Shown here one piece after another: positions 35,755 to 41,586 of a stretch of DNA of 41,586 nucleotides (the first letter of the stretch is position 1; each line of letters starts with the position of its first letter). The stretch is taken from contig FLMG01003171.1 of assembly GCA_900088475.1 (NCBI GenBank), positions 1 to 41,586 on the forward strand. The letters run 5' to 3'. The DNA is from Hyphochytrium catenoides. Taxonomy: Eukaryota > Protista > Hyphochytriomycota. The notes under the pieces were generated by a model. It was not told the origin of the DNA and did no database searches. It saw only the letters and a program-made list of their open reading frames with translations. Both the position numbers and the translations under genes were made by a program.

Positions 35755-36790
35755 TAGGTTCTCCTTCTTCGTTTGTTTTTCGGCGGCAAGACTCCGCTGT
35801 CAGTCAGTGTCGAGTCTTCACTTTGGAAGACAAAGAAGGGAAGGAGAAAGGAAGACAGAAGGAATATCCCCTTGTCAGGTAGGGTCCCAGATACTCTCAT
35901 ACCGCTTTTCTCGTCAGGGCTTCCTCAATCTCTCACTCTCTCTCGGCCAACCCACCTTCTCTCTCTCCGCCTCTCACGCTTTCGCTCTTTTTCTCTCTCT
36001 CTCTCTCTCTCCCCCTGCCATATATGATTTGGCCACAACTTCAGCAGGAACGCAGCTCTTCGTTGCTTTTCCCGCCAGTGAAAGAGAGAAGCTCCTCTGA
36101 AGAGCCGCAGAGTTGAGTGAGTCTCTTTACAAAGTAAGGAAAGGTCCCAAGCTCCAGCGGTTTCGGTGCTTAGGGTAAGTGGCAGCACGACTTTCTCCTT
36201 CGTACCAAGCCTATTTTCACATTGGATCCGCCTTCTCTTCCTTTCTCTCTCACTCTCGTTTTTTCTCGCTCACGCTTTGTCACCGTTTATCTGTCTGTCT
36301 TCTATTTGTTTCTCTCTGTCTTTGTTTCTTTCTTCATCTCAAGAAAGACTCCTCTCCCTTCCCAGGCAAGCTTCTCCTCTCGTTGGAAGCGAAGTTACTC
36401 CGTCCGAAAGGACGTCGAGTCCTCACTTTCAACTAAAGAAAGTTAACCATTTCTTTGCCGCACAGCGCGCCGCCCTGGTGAGAGGCTTTCGCTTGCTTGA
36501 TTCACAAGGTTCACCTCGGTCTGATAAGCTCTCTCCTCCTTGGTCTGTGGTGGACGTGTGTCTCTCCTCCTTGGTTTGGTGGTGGACGTGTGTCTCTTTT
36601 TCCCTCTCGTGCCTTCTCTCTCTCTCTCTCTGCCTCCTTTCTCTCGCTTCTTTCTCCGTTCTATCTGCCTATCCAGGATCCTCTGTCTCGCTGGAAGCGA
36701 AGATACTCCGTCAGGATCGATGTTGAGTGATAACTTCCCAGTACGAAGACAGTTTCCCTTTTGCTGTTCCTTGACGAAGTGAGAGAGAAA
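35755..36790 (+). repeat. Diverged dispersed repeat, 2 clear copies and 1 weak copy, with exon-like boundaries
   Basis: CCAGG..TCTCG(T/C)TGGAAGCGAAG(T/A)TACTCCGTC..GA(C/T)GT(C/T)GAGT at ~36362 and ~36674. A weaker copy, ACTCCG..GTCGAGTCTTCACTTT, lies at ~35790. Confidence 0.65.
36530..36597 (+). repeat. ~31-bp tandem duplication
   Basis: TCTCTCCTCCTTGGT(CT/TTG)GTGGTGGACGTGTG occurs twice, at 36530 and 36561. Confidence 0.85.
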
Positions 36791-37128
36791 GTCTTTCGCG
36801 ATGAAAAGCTAATATTCCCACTCTAACTCTGTGTTTCTCTCACTCTCTCTCTCCCTCCTTCCCTAGGGGTTATGGTTACATGACGGTCTTGATGATGACG
36901 AGCTGTCTAGCTCGAGGATCTCTCTCTCTCTCTCTCTCTGTTCCTGAAATTGTCTATACTTTCTTCTGCTTCTCCTCTGTTGATCTTTATCTCTTCGGCT
37001 CAGGGGACAACGCATTGTCGTAAAGGAAAATAGATGTAAACTGAATAAACTTGCATGTTTCTCTTGATAATAGATCTCTCCCCGTCCCAGCTGTTGTTCC
37101 TGTCTTCACGTTATCCGTCTTTCTCTCC

Positions 37129-37173
<45 letters not shown>

Positions 37174-37779
37174 ACTGTCTCTGTCTCTCCTTCCTCCCTT
37201 CCTCCATGAGCTCTCTGTCACAATGGTTCAGGCTAGCTTCTCTCTTCCACCAGCGCTGTTCTCTCCCTGTCTCTCCTTACCCAGCCTGTCTACCTTCATA
37301 AAGAGCAACCTAAACAAAGAGAGAGAGATGGAGAGATCAAGAGAAAGACACAGAAAAGAACAGCGGAGTGTTTTGTCTTCTCTCCTTCTTCCGGCAAAGG
37401 GAGATAGGGACTCCTTCTACTGATGCCTCTCCTCCTAGCTCCTGGCCATTGAAGACAGACGTCTAACTCTGCATTGTCCTCAGGATTTATGCCTTCTTAA
37501 GATAGACCTTAAGTGAGTAGCTCTCTCTCTCTCTCTCTCTCTCTCTGCCTCTCGCCTTTCTCTGTTTCTTCCTCTATTAGGCCTTAGGCCTTCTTCCCTC
37601 CCTAACCTCTGTGAAGAAATGTAAGGAAGAGATGAGGGCACAGGTACTGGTTCCTTGCCAAATCTCTTTATCTCCTCTATTTGCCTTTCTTTCTCTTCTC
37701 AATCTCTGACCAGCTCTCTCTCTCTCTCTCTCTCTTTGCTCTTTCTATCTCTCTCCTCCTACTTCCCTGGCGTAGGTTA

Positions 37780-38280
37780 TTAGGCGATGGAGAGGAAGTA
37801 AGTGAAGACGTACTCAAAAGAGACAATGGCCCAGCCCCAGAAAGCGATAATGAGAGGCAGCTTGGAGGCGTCCCAGCTGACGTTGACAGCCAGAGCGTTG
37901 CTGTCTCCGAGAGAGAGGGAGACGACAGCAAAAATGATGTCCACCAGCAAAAAAGTAAGAAGACAACAGGCGAGAACCCAGTATCTTCCGTCCAGGAGGG
38001 TGTAGGGAGAGACAGAGATGCAGTCTTTCATCAGCAGTCCCATCCAAGAGAAACCCGTGAGAGAGACGAGGGTAGGGTAGACCAGTACGATGTAGCTATA
38101 GAGCAAAGCGGGAGAAAGAAGCAAGAGCCAGAGAAAAAATGAAGCATGGGCGGCATGGCAAGAAAAGGCAGGGGCAAAGCGGGCCATGAAAGAAGGAGGA
38201 AATGGGATTCCAGAAGGAAGGAATGAATGGAGTAGAGACGGAGTCGGACAAAGGTCGAACGAGAGAAAAGACAGAAAAAA

Positions 38281-38312
<32 letters not shown>

Positions 38313-40908
38313 GAGAGAGAGAGCGAGAGAAAGAGGAGAAGGTGTGGTCAGTCTCTTTTGCATGATTCATGGCTGGCCGGTGGCGAGGGATAAACGAAAG
38401 CACAAAGATAAAGCTCCAAAACTAGTTCTCCCTCCTTTCCAGGCATCTCTGTCTGCCGCTCCTCAACAGGTTCGCTTCTCTCTTTGTCTGTCAGTCTCTC
38501 TCTCTCTCTCTCTCCCATCCTCTCTGTTTCTCTCTCTCTCACTCTTTCTCTCCTCTTCTAAAGGCGTCAAAAGAAGGCATCACTTACTTTCCAATGGCCT
38601 TCGTTCCATTCATGACCTTCGTCACTCTGTCCACCTCTGGCACTGGGACGCCGAGAGACATGAACCAAAGGACTCTCCAGGCGTGCACCCTCGACATGAT
38701 GTCAAACACCATGTTTATAATGAGAGTGCTGATAATCCCATAGTAATCATCAGGCGCAATGAGGAAGAGAGGCAGGATGCGGAAAGAGACAAGCTGCAAT
38801 CTCTGAAAGACGCCAATGGCGTAAATCATGTCGTCTGAGAGAGAGAAAGACGGAGAGGAAGAGGCAGAAGAGGAAGCAGGAGCGGCGGAGGAAGAGGAGG
38901 CAGTGGAAGGAGAGAAGAAAGAGGAGAAAGTAAGGGGAGAAGAGAGAGGATGCTTGAGAGAGCTATCCATCAGCTGGGCCATCACCGGCGTCATAACGCA
39001 TTTCATCACGATGGAGCGATGCCCTTCCACTTCTATGAGAGAGAGAATGCTATCGACTCCCGAGAAGATGAAGGAGAACCAGGCAATGAAGATGAGACTA
39101 TAGAGAATCAGAGGAAGACTCCTCTTCAGCGCCCTGATGCTTCTCCTGCAGAGCTGAAGAGCGGCAAGCACGACGGAGATGACGACACCATAGTACACTT
39201 CCCCTGTATAAAAAACAGAGATAGCAGAAGGAAGATAGTTGACCGTCCAGAGAAGGAGGAGCTTTAGCCATCCAACCTTTCTCTTCTGTCCGTCTCTCCC
39301 TCTCAATGCCGCGGCAAGGATGATTGTATGGGGACAGAGGACGATAAGGGAGGTGCGAAGGGTAGCGACAAAGTGCTCCGTGGAGTACGGGACACACTGG
39401 TAGACACGATCACAATCATGGTTGTTGCAGTGCCGAACTCCGAGGTCCATAGTCACTGGATAGAGAGCATCGATGGAGGAGAAACCGGCAAAGGAGCCGT
39501 AGAGAAACGGGGGAGAAAGAGCGAGAAAGGAATAAATGTTGAGAGTGACAGATAATATAGAGAAAGAGAGCGAGCGGAAAAGCGGAAGTGACAAAGAGAC
39601 AAAGGGAGAAGATAGATCGATGGAAAAACGATAGAGAGAGAAAGGAGAGTCAGGACATCGGTTAGAGTACCGCGACGTAAAAGGACAGGGACAGACACAC
39701 AGAGAGAGAGAAAGAGAGAAGAGGGACCTCCATTGGCGTTTCAAGGAAGACAGCATCGAAAGAGAGGATCACGTCAGGATGATCTAGCAACCTTGACTAA
39801 ACGGTCAGCGAGCCATGAAGACGGAAGGACCGGCGCGATAAAAGCCAACAAAGACAAAGAGAAGATAAGGCACGGTTCTATCAGGATGGAGAGAGAGGGA
39901 CAGTGACAGATGGCGCTAGAAGGGGAGACAGAAAGAGAGGGGGAGAGAGAGAAAGCGAGGGAACTTTCTTCAACTACATGGTGACTGACCAAATCTCCAT
40001 AGAAAGAACCAGCTCAGCATCACTGCAAAGCCCGCTGTCCAAAAGAAGGCGGTGGACCCTCGAGGCTGCAGCATCAGCAGCACTGCCCGCCAGTCGTAGT
40101 CTCCCTTGCTCCCACCAACAGAGGAAGGAGAAGAAGAGAGAACATACCCGTTCACGAGAGAAAACTGATAAGCGACTCTCTTGGTCTGGTTCTGGAAAGA
40201 GGTGAGAACAGACCGGGTCTTGCTCCTCAAGAGACTCGCTCCTTTGGGCTTTCCTCTGCTACTTCTCTTTGTTTCTTTAGGCGAAGAAGATGTTCCCTTC
40301 CTAGCAAGGGAGGTGGGAGAGAGAGAGAGAGAGGGAGAGAGAAGAAGAGAAGAAGAGACGAGAGAGGCTGGCCTACTACCACTTGGGCCTTGCAGCCCTT
40401 CGTCTCCATCAGTATCAGTAGCAAAAGAGCTTCTGATGGATGACGGGGCCACTGTGCTGCTCTGTGACACTTTCGAGAGACGAGGAAGGAGAAGAGAAGA
40501 TGCGAGACTTCTCCTCTCTTCTCCTCCTCCTCCCAGCCTTCCACCACCTTCGTTCTCTACGAGAGGACGGGCTGTGAGCCCTAGTAACGGCGGAGGCGCT
40601 CCTCCCTCGCTCTGTCTTCTACCTCCGTCAATCCCTCTTTTGCCTCCTTCGCTCTCTCTTCTCTCTCTCTCACTCTCCCTTCTCCCAGTAGTCCTCCTCC
40701 CTTCTCCCAGACTGACCGATCCGCGGTTGTCACGATTCAGCACCAGCGGTAGAAAAGGGAGAGGAGAAAGTCTAGGAGAGGGAGGGGAAGAGGAATGGAG
40801 ATCATTAGTCTCTTCTCCACCTTCTTTCTCTTCCTCTTCTATCCTCTCAGCCGCATTGTTAAGCAGGTCTTCCAATGGCGCTATCCTGGACCGCATGTTC
40901 CCAGCCAT
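37780..40908 (-). CDS. Uncharacterised polytopic membrane protein, 3 exons, ~700 aa
   Basis: Exons 40908-39990, 39455-38588 and 38095-37780 join in phases 1 and 2 (donors GTCAGT and GTAAGT; acceptors CCAG and ATAG) to give 701 codons. About 270 aa of S/R/E/G-rich N-terminus, then roughly 10 hydrophobic segments. No family recognised. Confidence 0.8.
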
Positions 40909-41550
40909 ACAAAGTCAACCGCCTTATCTCTCTCTCTCTCTCTCTCTCCCTCTCTCTCGCTCTTCAGAAAAGAGAAAAGACTAGAGAACGAGAAGGCAAG
41001 ACATAGATCTGCCGACAGAAAGACAGAGAAGAGTAAACGAGGCCAACCAGCAAAAGGAGAGAAAAAAGAAGACGAGAGTGAGAGACAAGAGAGAGAGTCC
41101 GTGAATGGATAACAGGTTCTAGTCAGGAGCCATGATCCATTCGAAGCGCTTGTGCTTCTCTCTCTCTCTTTCTCTCTTTTCTCTGTTTGTCGGTCCTTCA
41201 CCTCCTCTCGTTATCGCCTCCTCCTGGGCCCAGCAGGATCCTTTCGCACTTCGCCACTGTCCCCCGTGTCTCTCCCTTAAGATTCCTTCAGTAAGGAGCC
41301 ACACCGAGGAGGAAGAGAGAGACGTAGGTCATGGCGGCGGCGGCAGCAGAAGAGGCTGTCAGCCCTGCTTGGGCTTCTTTTCTTTCCCCGTTGAGCGCTT
41401 TAGTCTCTCTCTCCCTTCCCCTTCCTTCCCTTCTCCAGCCGGGGCTCGGAAGAGGTATGTGCCCGCTGCCTAAGTGCCTGCCAGTCCTGTCCGCACCGCC
41501 ACCCTCTGCCCGCCAGTTCTCTCTGTCCTCTCTCTCTCTCTGTCTCTGTC

Positions 41551-41583
<33 letters not shown>

Positions 41584-41586
41584 TTC

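Larger units (their letters stand above)
31740..41586. repeat. (AG)n/(CT)n microsatellite-rich domain 2
   Basis: Many runs, e.g. near 31745-31870, 32375-32580, 33925-33957, 35990-36010, 36918-36938, 37120-37185, 37520-37545, 37712-37735, 38280-38330, 38494-38545, 40926-40957 and 41520-41586. Confidence 0.9.

Noticed and set aside
1-41586. Stop-codon reassignment, selenocysteine, operons, tRNA/rRNA genes, introner repeats
   Set aside because: All confident genes splice into open frames under the standard code and end in TAA, TAG or TGA. No RNA-gene signatures or mutually similar introns were seen by eye.

Overview
Intron-rich eukaryotic nuclear DNA, not prokaryotic. GT-AG introns are mostly 50-550 nt, often with CTAAC/CTGAC-like branch sites. 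An intact IFT57 gene implies a flagellated stage, and the protein style suggests a stramenopile alga or protist (inference only). Manual splicing gives frame-consistent models for IFT57 (+), a DUF4203/TMEM198-like membrane protein (-), a PAP2 lipid phosphate phosphatase (+), an ALDH3-type aldehyde dehydrogenase (+), a PhnP-like metallo-beta-lactamase-fold hydrolase (+), a type II PI 4-kinase (-), a tail-anchored PDZ protein (+), an orphan ~700-aa polytopic membrane protein (-) and two hypothetical proteins (-). Non-genic features include a heavily decayed Ty3/Gypsy-like relic (~29.9-32.1 kb) whose gag-pro and pol parts face opposite ways, a duplicated Helitron-like 3' end at ~2.75 kb, exon-like diverged repeats at ~35.8-36.8 kb, and a sharp switch to (AG/CT)n-rich sequence after ~21 kb. 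Most ORFs in the supplied track are antisense, intronic or microsatellite artefacts. I cannot establish a new multi-gene system from sequence alone. The best leads are the PDZ/LC8-motif tail-anchored protein, the orphan membrane protein and the microsatellite domain architecture. All family calls come from motif recognition by eye; no database search was run.
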